A stretch of DNA of 64,000 nt from Gemmatimonadota bacterium (GTDB lineage Bacteria; Gemmatimonadota; Gemmatimonadetes; Gemmatimonadales; GWC2-71-9): contig JBDHEI010000004.1 in the NCBI GenBank assembly GCA_039591075.1, forward strand, positions 29,537 to 93,536, in the 5' to 3' direction. The notes beneath the pieces are model-generated. The model was not told the DNA's origin. It saw only the letters and a list, made by a program, of their open reading frames with translations, and searched no databases. The position numbers and the translations under genes were made by a program. Below, piece after piece: positions 26,016 through 35,886 of this stretch. The first letter of the stretch is position 1. Each line of letters opens with the position of its first letter.

Positions 26016-26765
26016 GTGGGGTGTCTATGCGCTTCGCCTCGAGGAGGTGCCAGCCTGCAAGTCCGCGACTCGGCCGAGCGAGTCTATCGACTCAAGGCGG
26101 CGGTATGGTCCCTTCCCGGCGCCTTCATCGGCGTGATTGCCGGTGTATTCGTCGGGATGCGGGCCGGCACGAACCCCATCGTTGCCGCACTCATCGGTGC
26201 GGCGATCGGTGCCGTCGCCACCTATGGGAGCATCCGAGTGCTCATGCGAGCAGCCGGTTCGGCGATGCAGACCGTGTATGCCCCGTCCGGCGCGTCGACC
26301 CCGATCAAACGCGATTACTCCCTCGCGCAGTCCTTGGTCGCCCGGGGGCGCTACGGCGCTGCGGTCGCTGCGTACCAGTCACACGCCGTGGAATTCCCAG
26401 ACGACCCGGTGCCCCCGCTCCAACTGGCGCGGCTCCTGGGCGGGCGCTTGCAGCGTCACGAGGAGGCCGCTGGCTGGCTGCGGCACGCGAGGACGCACTG
26501 CACTCTCACGGCCGGCCAGGAACTGATGGTGGCCCAGGAGCTCGTGCGGATCTATGTCGATGAACTCCAAGCGCCTCGGAGAGCGATGCCCGAGCTGTCG
26601 CGCATCGTGGCGGGGTTTCCCGATCTGCCGGCTGCAGAGACAGCGCGGCGTGAGCTCGAGGCCATGCGGGAACTGCTCGTGCAGGAACACGAGGGTCTAC
26701 TCGATTTCACTACGGCGTATCTCGAGAGGACTCGCAAGGAGTCGGGCGGCTCGTCGGGTCCCTGA
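26016..26765 (+). CDS. Hypothetical membrane protein with helical (TPR-like) C-terminal domain
   Basis: Two Gly/Ala-rich TM helices (LPGAFIGVIAGVFVG, IVAALIGAAIGAVATYG) then a helical region. The start is uncertain; the GTG at 26016 is the first start after the SSF stop. Confidence 0.5.
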   Translation: MGCLCASPRGGASLQVRDSAERVYRLKAAVWSLPGAFIGVIAGVFVGMRAGTNPIVAALIGAAIGAVATYGSIRVLMRAAGSAMQTVYAPSGASTPIKRDYSLAQSLVARGRYGAAVAAYQSHAVEFPDDPVPPLQLARLLGGRLQRHEEAAGWLRHARTHCTLTAGQELMVAQELVRIYVDELQAPRRAMPELSRIVAGFPDLPAAETARRELEAMRELLVQEHEGLLDFTTAYLERTRKESGGSSGP

Positions 26766-26773
26766 TCCCCGCC

Positions 26774-28117
26774 CTACGGGCCGATCGGCTCCAGTCTGGC
26801 AGTGAAGTGCCGGAGCACCGGCGCCTCGTACGTGAGGCGCAGCCCGCGAAGGCGATCCCGCTCGGCGAATAGGCGACGGCATACGTCGACCACGTAGTCG
26901 AGATGGCTCTTCGTGTACACGCGTCGTGGCACAGCGAGCCGCACCAGTTCCAGTTCCGGCCAGGTGCCGTCCGCAGCGAACATCAGTCCCCCGATCTCGA
27001 CCCCGCGAATGCCCCCCTCCGCGTAGAGCGCGCAGGTCAGCGCCTGGGCAGGGAACTCCTCCTGCGGGATGTGTGGGAGGAACCGCCGGGCGTCCAGATA
27101 CACGGCGTGTCCGCCAACCGGTACGACGATCGGAATTCCCGCACTGCGGAGCGCCTCTCCGAAGGCCTGCACCTGCCCAATGCGATGCTCGAGGTAGCGC
27201 TCGTCAAGCACTTCATCGAGGCCCCGGGCAATCGCGGCCAGGTCGCGACCAGCGAGCCCGCCGTAGGTTGGGAACCCCTCGATGAGGATCAGCATGTTGG
27301 TGAGCTTGGTGGTGAGATCGTCGTGATTCAGCGCGAGGAACCCGCCGATATTCACCAGACCGTCCTTCTTCGCCGACATCGTGCACCCGTCGGCCAGCTC
27401 GAAGAAGCGACGCGAGATCTCCGCGACACCGTGATCGAGTCCACTCCGCACCTTGTTGAAGTAGGCGTTCTCCGCAAAGCGGCAGGCGTCGTAGATGAAG
27501 GGGATGTGGTGATCCCGGCACCAGGTTGAGACCTGCCGAGCGTTCTCGAGACTCACCGGCTGTCCGCCGCCGGAGTTGTTGGTGATGGTGAGCATGACCA
27601 GCGGAATTCGGTCCCGTCCCACGTCCGCGTACACCTTGTCGAGCTTGGCGAGATCCATGTTGCCCTTGTACTCCACCTCAACGGTGGGATCGTAGGCCTC
27701 GTCGATTACACAGTTGACCGCGACGCCGCCGTTATGCTCCACGTTGGCGCGGGTCGTGTCGAAATGGATGTTGTTGGGAACGCAATCCCCGTCGTTGACC
27801 AGCACAGTGAAGAGGAGGTTCTCCGCCATCCGACCCTGATGGGTGGGGATCACGTGACGGTAACCCGTGATGCGTCGTATCGTCTCTTCGAAGGTGAAGT
27901 AGTCCCGGCTGCCCGCGTACGATTCGTCCCCCGTCATCAGAGCGGCCCACTGGTGGTCCGACATCGCGGACGTGCCGGAATCGGTCAGTAGGTCGATGGT
28001 GACGAGGCGGGCAGGCAGACCGAACACGTTGTGGCCAGCCTCTTCGAGCGCCGCGTCCCGCTCTTCGCGGGTGGTGAACGGAATCGCCTCGACGGATTTA
28101 ATCTTGAAAGGTTCCAT
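26774..28117 (-). CDS. Tryptophanase / tyrosine phenol-lyase family beta-eliminating lyase (PLP)
   Basis: N-terminus MEPFKIKSVEAIPFTTREERDAALEEAGHNVF, then DLLTDSGTSAMS, and PLP-Lys context SAKKDGLVNIGGFLA. 447 aa. Confidence 0.88.
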   Translation of the reverse strand: MEPFKIKSVEAIPFTTREERDAALEEAGHNVFGLPARLVTIDLLTDSGTSAMSDHQWAALMTGDESYAGSRDYFTFEETIRRITGYRHVIPTHQGRMAENLLFTVLVNDGDCVPNNIHFDTTRANVEHNGGVAVNCVIDEAYDPTVEVEYKGNMDLAKLDKVYADVGRDRIPLVMLTITNNSGGGQPVSLENARQVSTWCRDHHIPFIYDACRFAENAYFNKVRSGLDHGVAEISRRFFELADGCTMSAKKDGLVNIGGFLALNHDDLTTKLTNMLILIEGFPTYGGLAGRDLAAIARGLDEVLDERYLEHRIGQVQAFGEALRSAGIPIVVPVGGHAVYLDARRFLPHIPQEEFPAQALTCALYAEGGIRGVEIGGLMFAADGTWPELELVRLAVPRRVYTKSHLDYVVDVCRRLFAERDRLRGLRLTYEAPVLRHFTARLEPIGP

Positions 28118-28278
28118 GGTCGGCGTGCGCTCCGCAGTGAAGCTGCGTTGGAGTCAGGGGCAATCTAGGGTACGCTACCCGCCACGCGTCTAATGAACGA
28201 ACAGCGGGCGCCGACGGCTTTCGATTGCGTCGACGCCCGCAGGTGACTCAGAACCCGCAGAGGGTTGTAGAGTCCGCG

Positions 28279-28722
28279 CTACTGGGACTTCTGCCGGAGA
28301 TACTCGTAGAGGGCCCTAGCCTCCGCCTTGGTGGCCCCCATGTTCACCATGGGTGTGCCGTACTCGGCCAGGAGCTTCTTGGCCTCGGCATCGTACTGCT
28401 GCATCGAGTCCGGCCGCACCACCATGGCCACGATCCAGTCGTAGCTCCGTGTCGTGGTGATCCCCTTGAGAGCGGGACCAATCAACTTGGCATCGATCTT
28501 GTGGCAGCTCGCGCAGCCGCGGCTGGTGAAATATCCCTCGCCTTCCTTTGCCAGGGCCTGATCGATCGGACCGGTGGGCTCCTGCAAGGCTGCAGTTGCC
28601 ATGGTCGTCGCGGGGGCCGCAGCCGCCTGCGTTTCTTGAGCGGGCTGGTCGGCCGTCTCGCCTGCACTGCATCCCACAGCCATCGCCAGCACCACCAGCA
28701 CAGCACCATTACGGGCTTTCAT
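28279..28722 (-). CDS. c-type cytochrome, lipoprotein
   Basis: MKARNGAVLVVLAMAVGCSAG lipobox. Heme motif CASCH; distal Met candidates lie in the C-terminal region. Confidence 0.85.
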   Translation of the reverse strand: MKARNGAVLVVLAMAVGCSAGETADQPAQETQAAAAPATTMATAALQEPTGPIDQALAKEGEGYFTSRGCASCHKIDAKLIGPALKGITTTRSYDWIVAMVVRPDSMQQYDAEAKKLLAEYGTPMVNMGATKAEARALYEYLRQKSQ

Positions 28723-28893
28723 GTTGTCTCTCGGCTCCTTGTCGTGTTCGAATTGGAGTTGACGATCCAACGGGCGCTACGCCACGCGTGGTGGGCTCGG
28801 CGCCAACGCCTAAAACTGCAATGGGGAACTGCTGATGTGAAGGCATGCGCGGGAACGCGCCGCCGGCCAGTGGCCGACGGCGTCTCCATCGGC

Positions 28894-29292
28894 TCACTTG
28901 GCGGGTCGGCTCACGCTCCAGACGTACGCGGCCGTGGCGCGGACCTGCTTGTCCGAGAGGCCACTCCCGCCCTTTGGGGGCATGACAGATCCAGTCGACG
29001 ATTTGTCGGCGCTCACGCCTTTGAGGATGCTCTCGACGATCTCTTGAAACGACCCGTCGCTGTGGAGCCACTCCGGATCCGTCAGGTTGGCCCCCAATCC
29101 CGGAACGCCTTTACCCTCCGGACCGTGACAAACTTGGCAGAGACCCTGGCCCTTGAAGAGCTTCTGACCGTCGGCAACCATCTCCTTGGTGACTCCCTCG
29201 GGGAGATCGCTGGCGCCTTGTGCCGCCGCTGACGCCGTGCCGACCGCAAGGAGTGCGAAGACGACGGTGCCCATACGGGTGAATTGCTGCAT
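28894..29292 (-). CDS. c-type cytochrome (class I, periplasmic)
   Basis: Signal MQQFTRMGTVVFALLAVGTASAAAQG. Heme motif CQVCH, and a downstream GSVMPPKGG Met ligand region. Confidence 0.88.
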   Translation of the reverse strand: MQQFTRMGTVVFALLAVGTASAAAQGASDLPEGVTKEMVADGQKLFKGQGLCQVCHGPEGKGVPGLGANLTDPEWLHSDGSFQEIVESILKGVSADKSSTGSVMPPKGGSGLSDKQVRATAAYVWSVSRPAK

Positions 29293-29460
29293 GGTGACTT
29301 CCCTCCAATTGCCATCCCTATCCTAGAACGCCGTTGTGAGCCCAAGGGTCCATCTCGCCTCCTCAAGCTCCACGTCCCAGGTTCCCTTGGCGAGGACCCG
29401 GAAGTTACGGTGGAGCAGATATTCCACGCCAGCGCACGTGGTCTTGAGGGCCAAGTTGAG

Positions 29461-29679
29461 TCAGCTTTGTGCCCGGGGATGGTGCGTTTTGGTGTCGATG
29501 CCGAAGAGGGCATACAGCGGGCAGTTGTGTGTCAGGGCCGTGCCGCCGAGTACGAGGGCGACAACGGCTGCTCCGAGCGAGATGATGAGCTGCTCGTTGA
29601 ATAGCGCGGCGACGACGAGCAAGATCGCCGCCAGGGTACCGCGGACCCACGCATCCGCCCGTCCGACATTAACTCGCAT
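29461..29679 (-). CDS. DUF2892/YgaP-like small membrane protein
   Basis: 72 aa: N-terminal NVGRADAWVRGTLA, two TM helices, and a C-terminal CPLYALFGI motif characteristic of DUF2892. Confidence 0.7.
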   Translation of the reverse strand: MRVNVGRADAWVRGTLAAILLVVAALFNEQLIISLGAAVVALVLGGTALTHNCPLYALFGIDTKTHHPRAQS

Positions 29680-29768
29680 GGCTGCACCCGTCCCCTACAC
29701 CGATACGTGAACATCGGGGCCACTCCATGAAGCCAGCGATAATGAAATGTGAAGGAGCGCTGAAGCCG

Positions 29769-31157
29769 TCAGTCTGCGGGTGTCTGTCGTGGGAGCGTGA
29801 GGGTGATGCGGAGCCCCCCCAGCGGGCTCCGATCGGCCAAGATCTGGCCGCCGTGGGCGTGGGCGATTGCCGCTGCCACCGTGAGACCGAGCCCGGCGGC
29901 CCCAGTTCGCGTGCGGGCGCTGTCTGTCCGATAGAAATGTTCGAATAAACTGGGCAGGATGTCGTCGGGAATGCCCGAACCACTGTCGTCGACCGTGATC
30001 CCGACCGTGTCCGAGTCGCCTTTGATGGTCACGCGGACGTCCGTGCCGGGAGGAGTGTGTTTGATGGTGTTGTCGAGCAAGTGATTCACCGCGATCGACA
30101 GGAGCTCGCCGTCCACCGGCGCACTCAGATCGTCGGTCCCGGCTTCGTAGCGGAAGACCCGCTCAGCATCGCGTATTTGCGCCTTTGACGTGGCACGCTC
30201 GACGAGTGAGCCAATGTCTCGTTCCCCGCGCTCGAGCTCCAACTCACCGGCCTCCAGTCGTGCGAGGAGAGCCAGCGACTCGCTGATCGACGTGAGGTAG
30301 TCCACGTCCTCCAAGACGCTCGTCAGGACGGCCCGGTATTCCTCTGGCCTGCGCTCGCCCCGCAGCGCGATCTCCACCGCTCCACGCATGGCGGTGAGCG
30401 GTGTGCGCAGATCGTGCCCTGCATCGGCGATCATCCGCCGCTGAGCTTCATAGGCCCGTTCGAGCCGCTGAAACGCGTCGTTGAGCACCTCCACCAGGCC
30501 CGCGAACTCCTCCATGTCGGCATAGGCGGTGATGCGCTGGCGCCCGCTAGGCTGGATGGAGCGAGCCTGCTCGGTGATCTCGAGGACCGGGGCCACCGTA
30601 GTGGCGGAGAGCCAGTTGGCACCGATCACCGTCGCCACGACACCGAGCAGTACGGTCCCGAGCATGAGGAACAGCACTTCGCGGCTCGCGTCGGCCAGGG
30701 GTTGGAGCGATGCCGCGACCTGGAGCACGTCGTTGTCGGGACGCCCGCCCCCCGGGACAGCGAGATAGAACGAACGGATCCTGCCGTTGCGCCATCGCTG
30801 GCCTGCCCACGCCGTGCCCCCGCGACGGGCGCGCTCGAAGCTCGCACGATCCAGCGGCAAGTCGGCCGCCAGGGGCGTGTTGGTCTGCACAATGACCCCT
30901 TCGGCGTTCCGCACGACGACAAAACGATTGACCTCCCGAACGAAGCTCGACCAGTCCTCGTGTTCGGGCTGGATCGCAATGGGGAGCCGCGAAGAGACGA
31001 CTGCGGTCTGCAGGTGTGCCTCCGCTGCGATGTTCCGGTCCAACGACTCCTGGAGCACCCGACGCGCACCCAGGAACGCCCACAGTGCGATGACGAGGAG
31101 GGCTGCACAGATGGTGAGGGAAAACCGCACGGACACCGTGCGGCGCAGGGAGTACAT
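29769..31157 (-). CDS. Two-component sensor histidine kinase (periplasmic sensor-HAMP-HisKA-HATPase)
   Basis: H-box DAGHDLRTPLTAM, N-box LLDNTIKHT, plus DDSGSGIP and GAAGLGL. Two TM helices flank a ~150-aa periplasmic domain. Confidence 0.9.
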   Translation of the reverse strand: MYSLRRTVSVRFSLTICAALLVIALWAFLGARRVLQESLDRNIAAEAHLQTAVVSSRLPIAIQPEHEDWSSFVREVNRFVVVRNAEGVIVQTNTPLAADLPLDRASFERARRGGTAWAGQRWRNGRIRSFYLAVPGGGRPDNDVLQVAASLQPLADASREVLFLMLGTVLLGVVATVIGANWLSATTVAPVLEITEQARSIQPSGRQRITAYADMEEFAGLVEVLNDAFQRLERAYEAQRRMIADAGHDLRTPLTAMRGAVEIALRGERRPEEYRAVLTSVLEDVDYLTSISESLALLARLEAGELELERGERDIGSLVERATSKAQIRDAERVFRYEAGTDDLSAPVDGELLSIAVNHLLDNTIKHTPPGTDVRVTIKGDSDTVGITVDDSGSGIPDDILPSLFEHFYRTDSARTRTGAAGLGLTVAAAIAHAHGGQILADRSPLGGLRITLTLPRQTPAD

Positions 31158-31837
31158 CAGTCCGTGCTGTTCCGCTTCAGGCAGAACCCGACCCCTCGCA
31201 CCGTCTGTATGAGACCGTCGAACCCGGCCTCACGCAGCTTGCGTCGCAAATTGCCGACGTGAACGTCGACAACGTTGCTCTCGGGGTCGAAGTGCATGTC
31301 CCACACTTTCTCGAGCAGCTCCGTGCGACGGACCACATCTTCGGGGTGGAGCATGAAATGCTCGAGCAGCTGGAACTCCCGCGGTGTGAGGTCGAGCGCA
31401 TGCTCGCCCGCCCAGGCGCGGTGCTTCAGCCGGTCCATTTCCAGCGGACCGTATGAGAGGCGATCGAGTCGCGCTGCGCCGCCACGCCGCACGAGCGCGC
31501 GGAGGCGCGCGAGCAACTCGTCGAACTTGAAGGGCTTCGTGAGGTAGTCGTCCGCGCCAGCGTCGAGCCCCCGGACGACGTCCTCGGTCGCATCGCGGGC
31601 GGTGAGCATCAGGATGGGCGTGCTCCGCCCCTCACGTCTGAGCTCCGCCGCCACCTGGAGGCCGTTCTTCTTTGGGAGCATCAGGTCGAGCAGGATCGCA
31701 TCGTAGTCGTTGATGTGCGCGAAGACGGTGGCCTCGTCACCGTCTTTGGCCACGTCGACGGCGTAGCCCTCTTCTCGGAGACCCATCTCGATGAATCCTG
31801 CGACCTTCCGGTCGTCCTCGACTACAAGGATCCGCAT
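31157..31837 (-). CDS. OmpR/PhoB-family response regulator
   Basis: Receiver MRILVVEDD...ILLDLMLPKKNG...LTKPF, plus a winged-helix C-terminus (LTPREFQLLEHFM, VDVHVGNLRRKL). The stop overlaps the kinase start. Confidence 0.93.
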   Translation of the reverse strand: MRILVVEDDRKVAGFIEMGLREEGYAVDVAKDGDEATVFAHINDYDAILLDLMLPKKNGLQVAAELRREGRSTPILMLTARDATEDVVRGLDAGADDYLTKPFKFDELLARLRALVRRGGAARLDRLSYGPLEMDRLKHRAWAGEHALDLTPREFQLLEHFMLHPEDVVRRTELLEKVWDMHFDPESNVVDVHVGNLRRKLREAGFDGLIQTVRGVGFCLKRNSTD

Positions 31838-31895
31838 GTGGAAAACCCTAGCCCGCGCGAAGTAATTGGGCGCTTAAGCGACTGTGAACCACTCT

Positions 31896-33134
31896 TTATG
31901 AAGACGCATCGGCAAATCGTGGGATGTTGAGATGAAAGCGGGCACCGTGCCCGAGCTGACTTTCGACCCTTAGATCGCCGCCCAGCAAACGGGCCAGTTT
32001 TCGGGACAATGCCAGGCCGAGACCGGTCCCGCGTTCGGTCTGTTTGCCCGCCCGCTCGAAGGCCTCGAAGATGATGGCCTGCTGCTCGGGCGCGATGCCC
32101 TCGCCGTGATCCACTACATCGAACCGCATCTCGCCGTTGGACGCCCGGACCTTGACGTCGATCGTGTCGTCCTGGGGGCTGTGGCGTACCGCATTGGTCA
32201 GCAGGTTGATGAGGATCTGCCGCACCCGCTGAGGGTCGGTGCGGCAGTCGATGGTCCCATCGGGGCCGGTCACGCGGACGGCGATGCCTTTCCGCTCCGC
32301 CGCCGGCTCGACCGTTGCCACCGATTCCCGCACGATAGTCCAGGCATCGGCATCGATGAGCTTGGGCTCGAGCCTGTCGGCGTCGAGACGGCTCAGATCG
32401 AGCAGATCCTCGAGCAGGTTGAGCGCTCGCTCGGCCGATTCCTGGACCTCGATTGCCGCCCGCGGTGTGTCAGGAGCGGTCTTCCGAACCCAGAGCTCGG
32501 CCCAGCCGTGAACCGCCGTCAGAGCGTTGCGTAGCTCGTGGTTTGTCATGGCGTAGAACCGCTCGCGCGAGTCGTGCATGCCGCGGAGCTCGGCGAGCAA
32601 GCGCTCGCGATCCTGGTGAAACCGGGCGTTCTCCACCGCGACCGCGGCATAGGCGGAGAGCATGACCGCGACCTTCTCGTCCTCTTCGCTGAACTCCTCA
32701 GCACCGATCTTCTCGGTCAGATACAGGTTGCCGATCGGTCGTTCGCGACCGTGGATGGGCACCCCGAGAAAGGACCGCATGGGGGCATGTTGCTTTGGCA
32801 TTCCGGTGAACTTCGGATGCTTCGTGAGGTCCTTGAGGCGGATTGGGTGCGGGTCCGTGATGAGGAGACCGAGAATGCCGTGGCCGCTCGGCGGTCCGCC
32901 GAGTCGTGACCTCTCGGCTTCATCGATGCCGCTGGTAATGAACCGCTCCAGGCGGTCACCATCCGCGTGCAGCACTCCCAGAGCCGCGAATCGTGACCCG
33001 ATCACCGCTCGGGCGGACTCGACGACCTCCGTCAGCACCGCATCGAGCTCGTGCACCGAGGCAATGCGGATACCGGCGCGGCAGAGTTGCTCCGCGCGAT
33101 GCCAGATCTCGCGGCGGCCCATGTCGGCACTCAT
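31896..33134 (-). CDS. GAF-domain sensor histidine kinase (cytoplasmic)
   Basis: N-terminal GAF (FAALGVL...LGVPIHGRERPIGNLYLTEK), H-box MTNHELRNALTAV, and HATPase motifs LLTNAVRHS, DHGEGI and GTGLGLALSRKL. Confidence 0.88.
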   Translation of the reverse strand: MSADMGRREIWHRAEQLCRAGIRIASVHELDAVLTEVVESARAVIGSRFAALGVLHADGDRLERFITSGIDEAERSRLGGPPSGHGILGLLITDPHPIRLKDLTKHPKFTGMPKQHAPMRSFLGVPIHGRERPIGNLYLTEKIGAEEFSEEDEKVAVMLSAYAAVAVENARFHQDRERLLAELRGMHDSRERFYAMTNHELRNALTAVHGWAELWVRKTAPDTPRAAIEVQESAERALNLLEDLLDLSRLDADRLEPKLIDADAWTIVRESVATVEPAAERKGIAVRVTGPDGTIDCRTDPQRVRQILINLLTNAVRHSPQDDTIDVKVRASNGEMRFDVVDHGEGIAPEQQAIIFEAFERAGKQTERGTGLGLALSRKLARLLGGDLRVESQLGHGARFHLNIPRFADASS

Positions 33135-33221
33135 GATCTCAAGCTAATCCGGCCTCTGAGCCTTCTCTAGCCCGTTTGTCGGAGATCCGGTTCCTGCGGC
33201 CGGGATCCGCCCGCCTTGTCG

Positions 33222-33239
33222 CCGACCTGGCCAGGTCGG
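33222..33239. promoter_or_regulatory. Perfect 18-bp palindrome CCGACCTGGCCAGGTCGG immediately upstream of the first ZIP gene
   Basis: Read directly; self-complementarity checked by hand. It ends 2 nt before the ATG at 33242. Confidence 0.5.
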
Positions 33240-33241
33240 TA

Positions 33242-34009
33242 ATGTGCAGGCGTCTTCGCCGTGATTGGACCGTGGACCCAATATTGGTCGTGCTCCTCTA
33301 CTCGTCGCTTGCCGCGGCCATGGCCGCGGTTGGGGTGCTTCCACTCCTCGGTCGGCGAAGGCTTCCAAGGCACTGGATCGGGTGGTCGAACGCGCTGGCC
33401 GCGGGCCTCATGCTCGGTGTGGCCTATGCCCTGCTGGTGAGCGCACGTGAACGTGTGCCGCTGAGCGGAGCGCTCGGAGCGCTGCTGGGCATCCTGTTCG
33501 TGAATCGAACCCACGCTGCATCCGGTACCAGCGAACTCGATCTCAATCGGCTGGACGAGACCAGCCCGGATTACGGCTACAAGGTCCTCCTCGTGAACGC
33601 GGTGCATTCGGCGGCAGAGGGGGTGGCCATCGGAGCGGCGATGGCGGTGAATCTCTCGTTCGGGGTATTCACGGCGCTCGCCATCGCCGTGCACAATGTG
33701 CCGGAGGGGACCGTCCTCGCAGCAATCCTCACCTCGCGGAGCGTGCGGCTCCGGGACGCCGCCGGCCTGGCCGTCGCGACCAATGTGAGCCAGGTACTCC
33801 TCGCCATCGTGACCTTTGCCCTCATCGCCGCCGCCCCGGGGCTCATGCCGTGGGCCTTGGGCTTCGCCGTCGGGTCGCTCATCTACCTCGTGCTCGCCGA
33901 GTTGCTCCCCGAGTGCTATCGGGAGGCCGGCAGCACGAGCATCGCGCTCGTCACGCTCGTGGCCATGGGCATGGTCGCGTTGCTCGTGAGCCTCGGCCCC
34001 GGGGGCTGA
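33242..34009 (+). CDS. ZIP-family metal (zinc/iron) transporter, copy 1
   Basis: Motifs HSAAEGVAIG, AIAVHNVPEGTVLAAIL and LAELLPE. The ATG at 33242 is preferred over the TTG at 33176. Confidence 0.82.
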   Translation: MCRRLRRDWTVDPILVVLLYSSLAAAMAAVGVLPLLGRRRLPRHWIGWSNALAAGLMLGVAYALLVSARERVPLSGALGALLGILFVNRTHAASGTSELDLNRLDETSPDYGYKVLLVNAVHSAAEGVAIGAAMAVNLSFGVFTALAIAVHNVPEGTVLAAILTSRSVRLRDAAGLAVATNVSQVLLAIVTFALIAAAPGLMPWALGFAVGSLIYLVLAELLPECYREAGSTSIALVTLVAMGMVALLVSLGPGG

Positions 34010-34738
34010 GTGCATCCCGTCATCATCGTCTTCCTCTACGGCCTCGTCACGGCGCTCGCGACGGGGCTGGGGGCGTTGCCCTTTGCGTTCGTGCGCCGGA
34101 TCTCCCCGAGGATCACGGCCCAGTCGAATGCCGTGGCGTCGGGGCTGATGCTGGGCGCGAGTTTCGGGCTCGTCGCCGAGGGTACGCAGTACGGGAGCTG
34201 GCAGACGATCATCGGGGGCATGGGTGGGGTGCTCTTCATCCTCGTCACCCACGCGATCCTCAAACGCTACGATCTGGAGTTCGCTGGCGGCCGGGGGGCC
34301 GGTGCCCGCCGTGCGGTGCTGCTGATGGTGGTGATGACGGTCCACTCCTTTGCCGAGGGCGTGGCGGTGGGCGTGTCGTTCGGTGGAGGTATGACACTCG
34401 CGTTGGTGATCGTCATCGCCATTGCTGTGCACAACATTCCCGAGGGCCTAGCAATCAGCGCCGTGATGCGACCGCAGGGGACGAGCGTCCTAGGATGCGC
34501 GATGTGGAGCGTGATGTCGTCGCTTCCCCAACCCCTGATGGCGGTTCCAGCCTTCCTGTTGGTTGATACGTTCACGCGGATTCTCCCCTACGGCATCGGA
34601 TTCGCTGCCGGGGCGATGGTCTTCATGGTGATCGAGGAACTGCTACCCGAAGCGTACGGACAGGATCAGCGGCACGGGGTTGCGGTCACTGTGACGGTGA
34701 CGCTACTCGCCATGGTGATCTTCGCGCAGTATCTGTAG
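34010..34738 (+). CDS. ZIP-family metal transporter, copy 2
   Basis: The GTG abuts the previous TGA. Motifs HSFAEGVAVG, AIAVHNIPEGLAISAV and IEELLPEA. Confidence 0.82.
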   Translation: MHPVIIVFLYGLVTALATGLGALPFAFVRRISPRITAQSNAVASGLMLGASFGLVAEGTQYGSWQTIIGGMGGVLFILVTHAILKRYDLEFAGGRGAGARRAVLLMVVMTVHSFAEGVAVGVSFGGGMTLALVIVIAIAVHNIPEGLAISAVMRPQGTSVLGCAMWSVMSSLPQPLMAVPAFLLVDTFTRILPYGIGFAAGAMVFMVIEELLPEAYGQDQRHGVAVTVTVTLLAMVIFAQYL

Positions 34739-34778
34739 CGCTCTTCCGTGTGGGATGCGGTTCGCCGAGCAGCGCGGG

Positions 34779-34994
34779 TCAGAGACTGCCGTTGGCAACC
34801 GCTCGGACGATGTTGCTCTGCGAGATCACACCGAGCAGCTCGGTGGCGCTCGCGACGAAGAGCCGGTCCCCACGTCTGTCGACGACCGGTACCCATCGCA
34901 CCCGCGCGTCGGCGAGCTGAATGATGGCGTATTTGAGCGAGATGTCCTCGTTCACGACGGCCAAATCGGTCTTCATGAGATCGGCAACCTTCAT
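34779..34994 (-). CDS. Small single-CBS-domain protein (71 aa)
   Basis: MKVADLMKTDLAVVNEDISLKYAIIQLADARVRWVPVVDRRGDRLFVASATELLGVIS. An SD (aaagagg) precedes the ATG at 34994. The longer ORF extension is Arg/Ser-rich overprint. Confidence 0.75.
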   Translation of the reverse strand: MKVADLMKTDLAVVNEDISLKYAIIQLADARVRWVPVVDRRGDRLFVASATELLGVISQSNIVRAVANGSL

Positions 34995-35007
34995 GTGCGG
35001 TACCTCT

Positions 35008-35886
35008 TTATCGAGTGCTGACCCGGCCGTGCACGGGGATGATGAGGAGCGAGCACGGTAACCGGTTGAGGAGCCGCTCGGTCGTGCTCCCCAGCAGCAC
35101 TCGATCGATCCATCCTTTCCCGTGTGACCCCACGACAACGAGGTCGGCGGACCAATCCGCCACGTGGTCGGCGATCGTGCGCGCCGGCGCACCGCACTGC
35201 ACGACGGGTTCGATTGTGCGGTCGACACCCAACGCTACTAGGGACGCCTCTGTTTCGGCTTCGGCGACCTCTAGGTGCGCGCACTCGTCGGGTTCGATAC
35301 CGACATCCGGAATCGACGGGAGCGGCTCGACGACGTGCAGCGCGCGAATAGTGGCCCCAAACAGTCCGGCAAAGGACTGGGCCGCCATGATAGTCGCGGC
35401 GGCGGCGTCCGATAAGTCGGTTGCGACGAGGACGCGTGCGAACACGCTCGACGGCCCGGCGGCAACCAGGAGGGGTACGTCGATGGTGCGCACGGCGTGA
35501 TGGGCCGTGCTGCCCCCAAGCCATCGCGCGGGTGCCGAGTGGTGCTTTCCTCCCAAGACGAGTAGACCGGCGTCGCGCTCCTTGACCGCCTGCGCGAGGA
35601 TCCACGACGGATTGCCGACACGGATCTCCAGTGACTCCACGGCGGCCGGGAGGGCGGAGCCAACCACTGCGCTCACGGTATCCCTGGCGTGGGCGACGAA
35701 ACGCTCGCTCATCAATCGATGCTCGTCGGAATCTCGAGCCCCGCGCGCGAGTCCCGGCGGCTCGCGGACCGCGTGCACCAGATGACAGGGCACACGTGCG
35801 GCTTCGGCCACGGCCCATCCGCATGTTGCGGCCAGCCCGCCAGCCGGCGATGCATCAACCCCGACAAGAACCGCGTGCCACGCCAT
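35008..35886 (-). CDS. Universal stress protein, tandem UspA domains
   Basis: Two Usp modules: HAVLVGVDASPAG...LLVLGGKHHS, and VLVATDLSDAA...DLVVVGSHGKGWIDRVLLGSTTERLLNRLPCSLLIIP. Confidence 0.85.
   Translation of the reverse strand: MAWHAVLVGVDASPAGGLAATCGWAVAEAARVPCHLVHAVREPPGLARGARDSDEHRLMSERFVAHARDTVSAVVGSALPAAVESLEIRVGNPSWILAQAVKERDAGLLVLGGKHHSAPARWLGGSTAHHAVRTIDVPLLVAAGPSSVFARVLVATDLSDAAAATIMAAQSFAGLFGATIRALHVVEPLPSIPDVGIEPDECAHLEVAEAETEASLVALGVDRTIEPVVQCGAPARTIADHVADWSADLVVVGSHGKGWIDRVLLGSTTERLLNRLPCSLLIIPVHGRVSTR

Noticed and set aside
28206-28240. An imperfect 11-bp hairpin (gggcgccgacg...cgtcgacgccc) downstream of the cytochrome c gene, considered as a terminator.
   Set aside because: It has one mismatch, a 10-nt loop and no clear U-tract on the minus strand. 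That is too weak to call as a feature.
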